The position numbers and the translations under genes are program-made. DNA of 64,000 nucleotides, taken from NCBI GenBank assembly GCA_963748215.1, contig CAVVHS010000008.1, forward strand, positions 448,001 through 512,000, in the 5' to 3' direction. The notes under the pieces were generated by a model. The model was not told the origin of the DNA. It was given only the letters and a program-made list of their open reading frames with translations, and did not search any database. Numbering within the stretch: the first letter of the stretch is position 1; the number at the start of each line of letters is the position of its first letter. This document shows, one piece after another, positions 47,503 to 58,600 of the stretch. The stretch comes from an uncultured Gammaproteobacteria bacterium (lineage in GTDB: Bacteria > Pseudomonadota > Gammaproteobacteria > UBA9214).

Positions 47503-48432
47503 TCATTCACCTGTATCGCTACGATGGCTGTCCACCAGGTAGACAAGCCCGCATATCAGACTCAGCGGGAACACCAGTATCCGTAGCATGAATGCAACGA
47601 TTACTGACTGATTAAAGTCCATTCCAAGTTGTGCAGCGACCACTACAAACGCGCCCTCTACCACCCCTATCCCATTAATTGAGATCGGTATAATCCCTGC
47701 AAGCCCGACTACAGCGCCTATGAGTGCGTACCTGGCGTAATCACCATCTGCGCCCAGCGCATTAAACAACACACCAATTGCGGCAATCGCCAGCAACTGA
47801 AAGATCAGTGACACTACAAATATTTTTACCAGTGTTCTGGGACTACTCCTGACAAGGTTGAAATTATGCGTCAGAATCTCTAGCTTCTCGATTCTATTGA
47901 TGCGATCCAATAACCCGGAAAATATACGCAGCCTGAAGATCATCAGGAACGCAACGAGGGCAACGCCCCCTGCCAGACACGACAGGACGTAGAATTGCAC
48001 AATCGAAATCTGCTCGTCTTTCAGTATGACAACAGCACCCACGAATCCGAGCAGCAACAACGCAAAAAGCCCGATTATCCGCTCCAGCAATATGGCTGAT
48101 ACTGCCCGAGACCTGAAACCTTCTTTAGGCATTGTTTTGATAACACGATAGGCATCACCGCCAATAGATGTAGGAAGAAAATTATTAAAGAAAAATCCTA
48201 TGCATAAAACTTTCTGCAAAAACCCGAAACGATAATCAAGATGATGAATGAGTAGCGACATCTGCCACTTGTGTGTGCTGATAGGGAACTGCAGCGTAAA
48301 AATGGTCAGCGCAATAATAATCGATACCGTGCTTAATGATTCAAGATGTCCGACGAGCTTTACCCATTCCACGTTGTACAGGAGAATCCCTATAAGCAAT
48401 AGACTTACCGCGATTTTTACGTATTTCAGCAT
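47503..48432 (-). CDS. Lysylphosphatidylglycerol synthase TM-domain (flippase-like) protein
   Basis: IGFFFNNFLPTSIGGDAYR, LLERIIG, IPISINGIGVVEG. Confidence 0.88.
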   Translation of the reverse strand: MLKYVKIAVSLLLIGILLYNVEWVKLVGHLESLSTVSIIIALTIFTLQFPISTHKWQMSLLIHHLDYRFGFLQKVLCIGFFFNNFLPTSIGGDAYRVIKTMPKEGFRSRAVSAILLERIIGLFALLLLGFVGAVVILKDEQISIVQFYVLSCLAGGVALVAFLMIFRLRIFSGLLDRINRIEKLEILTHNFNLVRSSPRTLVKIFVVSLIFQLLAIAAIGVLFNALGADGDYARYALIGAVVGLAGIIPISINGIGVVEGAFVVVAAQLGMDFNQSVIVAFMLRILVFPLSLICGLVYLVDSHRSDTGE

Positions 48433-48639
48433 ACTTGTAGAACCATATTATCCACCAGTTACCGCCTTATGACGGCATGAAGAAATTTCACGTCAGGCCC
48501 AGGATCTTTTCTCCACTCACGCTGCCAGGGGTTTCGGTTGTTGAATCGAATCGCCTTGTGTCGTTTGTTACAGCAATGGCTCGGGACTCATTGCGTCCAG
48601 TGACGCCAAGCAGCCTGATAGCGTTGCACTCCAGGTGGG

Positions 48640-50583
48640 CTAATTTTTCGGGGGCAAGCCACTGTTTATTACATCATATAAAGACTGCCTGCTTTGTCCT
48701 TTCACATGCATTCGATACCAGACCTCACTGTTCAGCAATAGCCATAAACGATTACCGTTATCTTTCTTCCCTGACAAATGCTGCAACAGCAGGGAATTGA
48801 TTGCAGACTGATTTATGTAATCATCTTCTGCAAGCTGTGCCTGTTTGAGAAAAACATTGAATAATATTTTGTACTCGTCTGATAGCATATAGGGCAAAGC
48901 CGAGGAGAACCCCTGCTTCGGTCGATCGAGTACACTTTTTGGCAGGTAGCGGCTTAACAGGCGTTGTTGTATATATCTTAATGATCGTCCGCGCACTTTC
49001 ATATTGACTGGCAGTTTAGCCGCAAACTCGGCAACCTTGTGATCCATTAAAGGACTTCTGACCTCAAGTGAATTGGCCATGGTCATGCGATCAGAGATCA
49101 TAACAGGGTGATCAGGAAGCCGAATAAAACTGTCCGCATTCAGCATTCTGTCTACTGAATCCGAAGCCTTTGCAGTTTCGTAGGACTCCCAAATCGCGGC
49201 TTCCGGCTCATATCCCTCGACCGAACGCAGCATCCTTTCGCCATACAGCTTTCCACGCCAGTCAGGACCAAAGTAAAAGTAACCCAAACTGCGTGAATAG
49301 CGCCGACTTCCGCTCAGAAATGACATCGAATGCAGCCATTTCAACTGATGGGCCTTGCTCTTGTACCAACCCCCGTCTGGAACAAGATTGAGCATACTCC
49401 CTATTCCATATCGCCTTATAAACCCGGGTATCCTTGCATAGTAACCGGCATACCTGTGCCCGTAGTAACGGTCATAGCCTCCGAATAATTCATCCCCACC
49501 ATCGCCACCCAGGGCCACCTTGACATGTTCTCGGGCCATTTTCGCTATTAAAAAAGTACATATAGAAAGTGGATCAGATGGCTCATCAAGGTGCCAGACC
49601 AGATCAGGCAATGTATCAAGCAGTGAAGGCGTTACTATCTGCTCATGATGCCGGGTGCCGTATTGTTCAGCGACCAGGCGCGCGGCCGGCGCTTCATTGT
49701 ACTTGCCGTATGGCAACCCAATCGTAAACGTATCAATGGGGTCCCTGGTCACGTGCTTCATCAGCATTGCAACGACCAGAGTCGAATCCATGCCGCCACT
49801 CAGGAACGCACCGATGGGTACATCACTGACAATATGCAGCTTGAGCGCTTCAATCAGCTGCTCTTCCAGCTGATCGATCAGTTCTTCCTCTGAACCAGCC
49901 AGTTTCGGCTCAAAATACAAGTCCCAGTACCGGTCAATCTTTAACCCGGCCCTGGTTGAAAATACCAGTTTATGTGCAGGCGGGAGTTTCTTTATGTTAC
50001 GAAACATGCTCTTTGGTGGAGCAATAATGCGTAATGACAAATATTGATCGAGTGCCTCCGGATCCATTTCTGACAAAGCGGGATTGAGCGCCAGAAGGGC
50101 CTTTATTTCCGAGGCAAAGAAGAACTCGTTGTCGTTATTTACATAGTAAAATGGTTTCTGGCCAAGCCTGTCACGGGCAGCAAATAACTGCTGCTTTGCT
50201 TCATCCCAAATGGCGAAGGAAAACATACCGCGCAATTCCTCAACACATCCCTCACCCCTCTCTTCATAGAGATGGAGAATCACCTCGGAATCGCTATGGG
50301 TAGAAAAATGATGCCCCCGCTTGACCAGTTTCTCGCGCAGCTCCTGGTAGTTATAGATCTCACCATTACATATGAGCCACAAAGACTTGTCTTCATTCGC
50401 TATAGGCTGATGACCTCCCTGCAGATCAATAATGGACAGTCTTCGCTGCCCGAGTGCAGCATTTTTCCCGAAATAAGTCCCTTCATCATCCGGACCACGC
50501 AGCCTCAGCGCTTCCAGCATACGTCCCATTGCATGTCTATCGCGCGCCTGCTTTTCTCCGACAATACCGGCAATCCCACACAT
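48640..50583 (-). CDS. asnB: Asparagine synthase (glutamine-hydrolysing) family amidotransferase
   Basis: MCGIAG, RRLSIIDL, NGEIYN, FLSGGMDS, GDGGDELFGGY, SLEVRSPLMD, RPKQGF. Confidence 0.92.
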   Translation of the reverse strand: MCGIAGIVGEKQARDRHAMGRMLEALRLRGPDDEGTYFGKNAALGQRRLSIIDLQGGHQPIANEDKSLWLICNGEIYNYQELREKLVKRGHHFSTHSDSEVILHLYEERGEGCVEELRGMFSFAIWDEAKQQLFAARDRLGQKPFYYVNNDNEFFFASEIKALLALNPALSEMDPEALDQYLSLRIIAPPKSMFRNIKKLPPAHKLVFSTRAGLKIDRYWDLYFEPKLAGSEEELIDQLEEQLIEALKLHIVSDVPIGAFLSGGMDSTLVVAMLMKHVTRDPIDTFTIGLPYGKYNEAPAARLVAEQYGTRHHEQIVTPSLLDTLPDLVWHLDEPSDPLSICTFLIAKMAREHVKVALGGDGGDELFGGYDRYYGHRYAGYYARIPGFIRRYGIGSMLNLVPDGGWYKSKAHQLKWLHSMSFLSGSRRYSRSLGYFYFGPDWRGKLYGERMLRSVEGYEPEAAIWESYETAKASDSVDRMLNADSFIRLPDHPVMISDRMTMANSLEVRSPLMDHKVAEFAAKLPVNMKVRGRSLRYIQQRLLSRYLPKSVLDRPKQGFSSALPYMLSDEYKILFNVFLKQAQLAEDDYINQSAINSLLLQHLSGKKDNGNRLWLLLNSEVWYRMHVKGQSRQSLYDVINSGLPPKN

Positions 50584-50618
50584 CTAAAATACTCCGGTCT
50601 GTAATAACAACCTGGATT

Positions 50619-51782
50619 TCATTTCTGCGCGCGCTGTTCGATAACCCGTTCGAATACTTCCAGATATCTATCCGCGCAACGATCAATATAGTAGTCTTCC
50701 ACCGCACGAAGATTATTTTCAGCGAACTTATGGCGCTGATCTGGATCACCGATAAGCGTCGCGCATGCCCCAAGAAACGCTTCCTCATTATTCAGCGGTA
50801 TTACATAGCCGTTGGCACCCGAGCTGAGAAAGTCTGTCTGACCACCATAGTCGTAACAGATCACGGGCAGGTTTGACGCCATTGCCTCCAGATATACGAT
50901 ACCGAAACCCTCATGCTGACTGGTTGAAACATAGATGTCGGCCATCCGCAGTAATTCAAATTTTTCCTGCTCATCTATCTGCCCAAGAAAGCGTATCTGC
51001 CCGGAGATACCGAGCTCCTGCGCAATACTTTTCAATGATGCATCCTGCGGGCCCGACCCGATAACGAGTAGATGTACACGACTGTTATCCAGTCTGTCGA
51101 CGATCCTGATTAACTGATCTACTGCCTTACGTGAAACCAGACGGCCCACCGTTATAAGAACGATATCCCCATCCGATAAATTGTATTTAGTACGTTGGGC
51201 TACTGACTGGCTTGTTGGCCGCACAATTCCCAGGGGGATACACTCACAGCTGAGTTCCGGATCGTAATAATCATGCACATTCTTGATCGTATTACTGGAT
51301 TGCCCTACTACAGCATCGGCTTTTCTGAGCAAGCTGCGAACAGCAGAGCGCAGTATCATATGCCGGTGAGGTGATGCCCATTTACTGGGGTCGTACAGGT
51401 CGCCGCCATGCACGGAGAGAACATTTGGCGTATGTGACCGGCTTGCGAGCCAGTTGCCCAGAGGTCCGGTAGGAACAACAAAATGCGTATTTATAACATC
51501 GTAGGAATGTTCTCGCAGGAGGCGCCTGCCTTTTAAATACCCGCTCGGCAGATACGCCAGCATGGACGGCATATTGGCTGCCGCCTGGCGACTGCGAAAA
51601 AAAACAGGAACACGGTAAACAGTAACACCATTTTCAACTGTTTGAGACGGCAACTCCAGTCCTTTTGATGTAAGCACATCAACAGTGTGTTCCCGCGCGA
51701 GCTCTTCTGCAATCTGTTTGTTGATTACTCCACCGCCGCCACCAAGAGGCGGGTATTCATAATTACAAAATAATATGCGCAT
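50619..51782 (-). CDS. Glycosyltransferase family 4
   Basis: NYEYPPLGGGGG, VGRLVSRK, HEGFGIVYLEAMA. Confidence 0.92.
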   Translation of the reverse strand: MRILFCNYEYPPLGGGGGVINKQIAEELAREHTVDVLTSKGLELPSQTVENGVTVYRVPVFFRSRQAAANMPSMLAYLPSGYLKGRRLLREHSYDVINTHFVVPTGPLGNWLASRSHTPNVLSVHGGDLYDPSKWASPHRHMILRSAVRSLLRKADAVVGQSSNTIKNVHDYYDPELSCECIPLGIVRPTSQSVAQRTKYNLSDGDIVLITVGRLVSRKAVDQLIRIVDRLDNSRVHLLVIGSGPQDASLKSIAQELGISGQIRFLGQIDEQEKFELLRMADIYVSTSQHEGFGIVYLEAMASNLPVICYDYGGQTDFLSSGANGYVIPLNNEEAFLGACATLIGDPDQRHKFAENNLRAVEDYYIDRCADRYLEVFERVIEQRAQK

Positions 51783-52068
51783 TGAACCTTGCCTGGATGA
51801 CTATTCTTCGTTGGATAAACCGGCATACGCCTGCATGAAGCTGTTATCTGCCCCCGTTACAGGGCCAGCGTAATATATACTAATTGTAGTATGATAGGCG
51901 GGGCATCATTACTGCCCGCGACATAGTCTTGATACTTCATTTGCAAAACAGAATTCTAGCGAATATCAGTACTCCGCCCTAGATTAATCAGTATATTTCT
52001 TCGAAAATAATTAACAAATTCGATAAACTTAACTCAGTCTGAACAACCTGAGATTTGGAGAAGTTGCA

Positions 52069-52800
52069 ATGGGACAAAACCGCAAACTAACGGCGAAAAT
52101 GGAACCGTTTGACTCCTTCTGGGAGGGACCCGAAAATATCGAGAAAGGTTATACAACTCTATATAAGTTTTATAAATACAACTACTTAAAGTACATCCCG
52201 GAAGACAGGAACTCCAATATACTCGTTATCAGCTGCGGACCGGGTTATTTTGTCGACATGCTGAACCGCAATGGCTACACCAATGTTCTCGGCATTGACT
52301 CTTTCCCCGAGAAAGTGAAGCACGCTCAAAATCGCCAGCTCAATTGTCGGACTGCTGAAGCCTTTGATCATCTCGACAACGCCAGCGAAAGCTATGATGT
52401 AATTTTTTGTGAACAGGAACTCAATCATCTCACGAAAGACGAGATCATCGAATTTCTTGCCCTGGCATGGAACAGAATGAAGCCTGGCGGGAAACTGATT
52501 GTACATGCATTAAACGGAGCGAATCCTATTACCGGCTCGGAGGCACTGGCACAAAATTTCGACCACTATAATACCTTCACAGAGTATACGTTTCGACAGG
52601 TTCTTGAATACTCAAAGTTTGAGGATATCAAGGTAATTCCGTTACACCTTTATGTATTCTGGAACAACCCGCTTAATTACCTGCTCATAGCAGCCTCAGC
52701 ACTGTACACACTGTTCTTCCGTGCAAGCTTCATCATGTATGGCAAGACCAACAAAATATTTACAAAAAAAATAGGTGCGGCTTGTGTAAAACCACTTTAA
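52069..52800 (+). CDS. Class I SAM-dependent methyltransferase-like protein
   Basis: ILVISCGPG, LGID, YDVIFC..LNHL, MKPGGKL. Confidence 0.78.
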   Translation: MGQNRKLTAKMEPFDSFWEGPENIEKGYTTLYKFYKYNYLKYIPEDRNSNILVISCGPGYFVDMLNRNGYTNVLGIDSFPEKVKHAQNRQLNCRTAEAFDHLDNASESYDVIFCEQELNHLTKDEIIEFLALAWNRMKPGGKLIVHALNGANPITGSEALAQNFDHYNTFTEYTFRQVLEYSKFEDIKVIPLHLYVFWNNPLNYLLIAASALYTLFFRASFIMYGKTNKIFTKKIGAACVKPL

Positions 52801-52823
52801 TGTGGCAGAGAAGGCCTGCCCGG

Positions 52824-53813
52824 TCAAAGCAGACTCTGCTCCCTGTACCAGTTTGCCGTTATACGGCAGCCTTCCCTGAAGCTGGTCTTGGCCTTGAAAT
52901 CCAGCAATTTGGCCGACTTGTCAGGCGAGAAATACAATGTCTTTTTAAAGAAATCCAGTCGGCGCCGATGCAAGGGAGGCTGTATTCCCAATGGTCGTAG
53001 CGTTTTTTCCATTATGACTGCGAGCAAATAAAATGGCCACATTGGTGCTCTGAACTTCAGCCTGTCGACCTGTAATACACTGGCTACGGACTCAACCATA
53101 TCGTTGGTTGTCAGCACCTCGCTGCCTGCAATTACAAACACCTCTCCCAGCGCCTCATCTTTCACTGCTGCTGCAAAAAAACCATCGATCAGGTCATCCA
53201 CAAACACCAGCTGATGTTTATTCTCCCCGTTACCGATCACAAAAAAAGTTCTATTGTTAATTCCTTTAAATAATTTCAGTAACCGTCGATCACCCGGTCC
53301 ATAAGTTTCCGAGATACGGATTGCGGATACCGGCAGTTTTTCCTTGTAGGAAAGAACCAGCTCTTCACCTGCTTTTTTTGTTATGCCATAGATATTGTCA
53401 GGCTTTAACGGAGACTGCTCGCTAATCTCCCCCTGCATCTCGACACCATAAACACCAATCGTGCTGCCATGCACGAAACGACCTACACCTGCCACCAGAC
53501 TTGCCTCCAGCAAGTTTCTGGTTCCTTCGACATTTACATCCCAGAAATGTTTGTCAGGCACATTCACTTCATGTTGAGCGGCAGCAAGATGGAAAACGAG
53601 ATCGCAGCCGGTAACGGCTTGCCGCACCTTGTCAGCATCATCAACGCCACCAACAATGAAAGTGAATCCACGCGACTCCAGATCATCCGCATTCTTCTTC
53701 TCTGCCGGCGTATTGATCTGCGACAAAATAACAACATCGTCACCACGCTCCTTGCACCTATAGGCAAGTCTGGAGCCAATAAAACCTGTACCTCCTGTTA
53801 TTAACACTTTCAT
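52824..53813 (-). CDS. NAD-dependent epimerase/dehydratase
   Basis: ITGGTGFIGS, FHLAA, YGITK, YGPGD. Confidence 0.9.
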   Translation of the reverse strand: MKVLITGGTGFIGSRLAYRCKERGDDVVILSQINTPAEKKNADDLESRGFTFIVGGVDDADKVRQAVTGCDLVFHLAAAQHEVNVPDKHFWDVNVEGTRNLLEASLVAGVGRFVHGSTIGVYGVEMQGEISEQSPLKPDNIYGITKKAGEELVLSYKEKLPVSAIRISETYGPGDRRLLKLFKGINNRTFFVIGNGENKHQLVFVDDLIDGFFAAAVKDEALGEVFVIAGSEVLTTNDMVESVASVLQVDRLKFRAPMWPFYLLAVIMEKTLRPLGIQPPLHRRRLDFFKKTLYFSPDKSAKLLDFKAKTSFREGCRITANWYREQSLL

Positions 53814-53833
53814 ATTACTTATTTTTCAATCAG

Positions 53834-55561
53834 TTAGGTCGTATTCTTCCACGAAGGAAATCTATGGATGACATTATCAATTTGCATCTGGATATCCTTG
53901 TCATCCCAATCAAGCAGATCTGCCATTAATTCCGCACATTCACGCAAAGCCGCCTCACCTGGGTTGCCACCGGTTGCCAGGTCTGTTCTTCGCAAGACAA
54001 CGTCTGTTAGATTGCGAGCCAGCTCAACATTGACAGCATACTTGACCTGAGCCCTGATGACCTGCGTACCATTTATCGGACTGGCAAGTTGTCGATCATC
54101 CAATGCAAGATCAATGACATTTTTTACCTCTGTACCGTAATTGTGCACCATGGCACGGACGCATTCGATTGACAGACCGATGTCCTGATGTTGATAAACC
54201 TGATCAACCAGTAATTCAAAGTTATCAATATCACCGCCTGCGACAGGGATAGAGTCGGTCGCCGGCCGGCCGGCTTTCACACCAAGCTTGTTACATACAA
54301 GGTCAATGGCCTTTGCGGAATCACCCCTGGCAGTTGTATATCGGATGCCAATCAAAGTAACCAGCCCATCAATCCGGTCGGTTCTCGCATGATCGACAAG
54401 AAGAGAACGTTTGCCATAACTCAGGTTCTCTTCGCCCTTCTCATTCTCGCCGAAAGGAACCAGACCGGCATTCCACATCTGCACATCGTCTGTTGTTAAA
54501 TCCAGACCAGGATATGCCCAGTTTATTTCGTCTATAAATGCCTGAATCTCGGACTTTTCAACCGTAACTTCCTCAGGATGCTTATCCCAGACTACATGCC
54601 AGACACCGACCAGGGTGTAATCCCGCCATGGGACCAGAAACAGGTGACGGGCTGGACGACTCAGCAATGCATCGGGATCCTTTGTTCGCCCCTGTATTGC
54701 AATAGCATTGCGGCTACTGAAACGACGCTTGATGACAAAGCAGGCATCCCTCGAATAGGTCTCCTTCGCGGTTTTTACCTGTGCTATGGATTCTGACAAA
54801 AACCACTCGCTCCAGGGGCCTGCTGCATTCAGTACAGCCCTGGAATTAATCCTGATCGTCTGGCCTGAATCCCTGTCAACGGCTTCAACACCAACGACTG
54901 CGTCACCGTCCTTAAGCAGGTTGACAGCTTCAACATAGTTGGCGACATGTGCGCCTTGCTGTGCAGCTGATTTTATAAATGCCAGTACCAGTCGCGTTGG
55001 ATTGTACATCTGGCCATCGTTAAATACTGCAGCACCGGTCAATTTGCTCTGTTCCAGGTCAGGGAATTCCTGCAGAGCTTCTTTTTTATTCAGGAATTTT
55101 GTTAATGGAATGCGTCGCTCAGGATCTCGTATACCACGATTCCTTCCCAGGGTGAGCAAATCGTACAGCAGCATCCCTGCGCCAAGATACGGTTTTCCGG
55201 ATTTTCCGTATCCGTAAGTAGGTATAAAGATAGGTAAAGGCTGCACAAGATGAGGCGCAATGCGCAACATTGCACTGCGCTCACGGCAGGAGGATCTCAA
55301 GCGGATAATGTCAGCATGCTGAAGGTATCTTATACCTCCATGGATCATCTTGAAGGAATTTGCCGACGTTCCGGAACAAAAGTCCTCCTTCTCAATCAGG
55401 GCTACAGACAATCCCCTGAGGACTGCATCCCAGGCGGCGCAGGCGGCAAAGATCCCTCCACCAATAATCGTCAGATCGAAATGATTTTCTGTAAGATTTT
55501 TGATTTCCTGACGCAAATTAAATCCTTTTGTTCGCGCAAACAATGCGCCAAGTTTACGCAA
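53834..55561 (-). CDS. GlpD-family FAD-dependent glycerol-3-phosphate dehydrogenase/oxidase-like protein
   Basis: FDLTIIGGG, EKEDFCSGTSANSFKMIHGGIRYL, APHLVQPL, VLNAAGPW, LTDVVLRRT. Confidence 0.85.
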   Translation of the reverse strand: MRKLGALFARTKGFNLRQEIKNLTENHFDLTIIGGGIFAACAAWDAVLRGLSVALIEKEDFCSGTSANSFKMIHGGIRYLQHADIIRLRSSCRERSAMLRIAPHLVQPLPIFIPTYGYGKSGKPYLGAGMLLYDLLTLGRNRGIRDPERRIPLTKFLNKKEALQEFPDLEQSKLTGAAVFNDGQMYNPTRLVLAFIKSAAQQGAHVANYVEAVNLLKDGDAVVGVEAVDRDSGQTIRINSRAVLNAAGPWSEWFLSESIAQVKTAKETYSRDACFVIKRRFSSRNAIAIQGRTKDPDALLSRPARHLFLVPWRDYTLVGVWHVVWDKHPEEVTVEKSEIQAFIDEINWAYPGLDLTTDDVQMWNAGLVPFGENEKGEENLSYGKRSLLVDHARTDRIDGLVTLIGIRYTTARGDSAKAIDLVCNKLGVKAGRPATDSIPVAGGDIDNFELLVDQVYQHQDIGLSIECVRAMVHNYGTEVKNVIDLALDDRQLASPINGTQVIRAQVKYAVNVELARNLTDVVLRRTDLATGGNPGEAALRECAELMADLLDWDDKDIQMQIDNVIHRFPSWKNTT

Positions 55562-55654
55562 TTGATGAATATCAATCCAGAATGTGCAGATTTTACCAGA
55601 CTTTACCCTGACAGTGAGCCACGCTCACCCGAGCATGACAAATCGAAAATCACC

Positions 55655-58600
55655 TCAATTCACAGTGATAGTGAAGTCATGGGTAGTGGTACCTGCCAGG
55701 TTTTGCACCTGGACAGAAATATTATATGAACCAATGATCGTTGGCACCCAGTCAATGTTCCCGGTATCCGGATGAATGGTCATTCCGGCAGGCGCCGTCA
55801 ACAGTGAAAACTCGGGGCTCGGATAACCCCTGGTTTCCAGCTGATATGCATACGGCACGCCCACCTCAGCCGTGGTTATGGCCTGCGATGTCGTCTGCGG
55901 CAATGTCTGGTTACAGGCAGGCAGGAAGGCGGCCAGTTGTTCAAACCAGACCGGAACCATCTTGTCGAACCCGACCTGGAGGGGATGAATACCGTCATTA
56001 TTCATATCGTCGATATAATTCAATGCACTCTCATGGTCAGCAATGGTGATGTTCTCACCATTGGCGACCCTCGCTGCAGCCATTGCCACAACGTTATCAT
56101 TGAACTGGGTAACCAACGGCTCATTGGGCACCTTGTTGATGATTCGCGCCTGAACAATCGAAATATTCGGATCAAAGGCATCAATAATCGTGTGCAGGTC
56201 CTCCACCCCGGCAGCCGAAGGATACGGGAACGACGGATCCTCATTCGTACCGATATGCAACAGGACCGCATCGGGTGGATTCTGCGTCAGCCACGTGTTT
56301 AGCGAAGCCGCAACACCCGAAATGGTAATCCCGCCATGGCCCTCGTGGTTTCGGTCGTGCGTGCCCGTGGAATCTGTTCTGGTACCGACAAAATCCACGT
56401 TATAGCCCGCATCCACCAGGTCAAAGTAAAGCTGGGGGCGATAGCCCTGCATGTTAGTGATTGAATCACCCAGCGGCATGATTGCGACCGGCGATTCACA
56501 ACCCCAGACACCGCGTCGCAGACCGACCGTGCCATCCTTGTAGTGGCGCGAGATTTCGGCAGGTGTCAATACACGACTGTGCAAAGCGAGCTCGTCAATG
56601 GTGCCCGCAAAATGGTAATCCGTGGCCGTGTCGTTCAGCCAGCCGATATTGAGCTCCGCCGCACCCGCGAAGTCCGCGGTATAAGCAACAGCTGCTGCCG
56701 CTTCCTCGACACCATCCACGTACAGGCGAATCTCGCCGCTAATCGCATCGCGCACCGCCACCAGGTGATGCCACTGCCCGTCGGCAATGTCGGTGGTTCC
56801 CAGTATCGTGGCACCAGTACCCCCGCTGTCAGTCAATGTAAAGGCGGCGATGCCGTTCTCACAGCCCAGCCACCAGTGCAGCTGGCTGCCTGTCTCATGA
56901 CGGCCCACAATGGATTCGCTACCGATACAGGCAGCACTCTTGTTGACCCAGGCCTCCAGAGAAAACCGGTCAGTAGTTGCCCAGTCAAACAGGCCGACGT
57001 CCGGGACGTCGACAGCATTGCCAATGCCATCATATTGCTGCGCACCACTGACACGCCCGGACACGGGCGTCGGGCATGACACACAACCTGCCGTCACTCC
57101 GGCAACAGTATCAGTGAAAGCAGATCCGGAAGTCTCGTTGAAAGGGAAATACAGATCCAAACCGCTCGGCAAAGATTTAAACTGGAAAAATGCTGTCTCG
57201 ATCGCACTATCATTAAACCCTGCCAGAATTGCACGTGCCTTCAGCGTGGCGCTGACAGTCAGCAAGAATGGCCCTGTGTATTCATTGGTACTGGCCGTGG
57301 GATCACTGCCATCCAGGGTGTAGTATATCGTCGCACCGGGTGTATTACTCGCCAGCGTCACCAGCACTGAACTGCTGAATATCCCGCCATTCGGAGTGAT
57401 CGTGGGCTTCTCCACTGTGGAGCCGGTCTCACGCCCACTCTCATCCGGTCCCAACCCCCCGTTGACCGTCGACGGGTCATACGCCGCATCCGTCGTCAGC
57501 ACCACCTTGTCCACCACCGTCCCGGATTCGCGTACCCACACGTTCACCGTGTGCCCACCCGTTGTTGCAACATCCAGTGTCGCGCGTGCTTTCGACGCCA
57601 GCTTGCCAACCCACACATAACCGCCCGCTGTCGGCACGGTCAGGTTCTCACCCGTCGCCAGCTCCTGACCGTCCAGACCCACATGCAACGAGTTCGAACT
57701 CGTCGACGGGCCCCATGCCCGCACCCATATATAGTGGGTCCCGGTCGTCACAAAATTCACCTGGTAGTCCAACTGCGGACTCAATGTCGAGTAATTAATG
57801 GAATGATTGGTCCTGTCCTCAGGCAAGGCCTGAAGTGCATCACTGCCCGAATACCCCGGATAACCCGCTCCCGCCGACAGCCACGCATGCCCATCCGGCG
57901 CCACCACGCTCGCGTGATAACTCTCCGCCTCCATCGACACCACACCCTGCGCTCCACCGTCCTGCTGGAAACCCGCACCGCTGCCCGCCGGCAACACCGT
58001 CATCGCCACCGACGCACTGTCATTCCCCACCACCGGATCCGGCTCGTTCAGCCCGCTCACACTTGCCGTGTTCGTCAGCGTGGAACCGCCCGTCCCCGCC
58101 GCCACGCTCGCCATAATATGCAGCGTCCGCGTCTGACCATTCAACACACTGCCAACCGTCCACACACCACTGCCACTGTCATAAAACGTGCCCGAACTGC
58201 CCGCATCATCACCCACATATGTCAGCCCCAACGGCAAGGCGTCCGTCAACACCACCCCTGTCGCATCCGACGGGCCGTTGTTCGTCACCGTCACCGCGTA
58301 CTCAACCTGCTGTTCCTCCGCCGGTGTGGCCGTATCCACCGCCAGATCCACCGACAGGTCCACACTGCCCGCCGGCAATACCGTCACCGCCACCGACGCA
58401 CTGTCATTCCCCGCCACCGGGTCCGGCTCGTTCAGTCCGCTCACACTCGCCGTGTACGTCAGCGTGGATCCACCCGTACCCGCAGCCACGCTCGCCATGA
58501 TATGCAGCGTCCGCGTCTGGCCATTCAACACACCGCCGACCGCCCACACACCACCACCATAAAAAGTACCCGTCGACGCCGCATCGTCCCCCGCATACGT

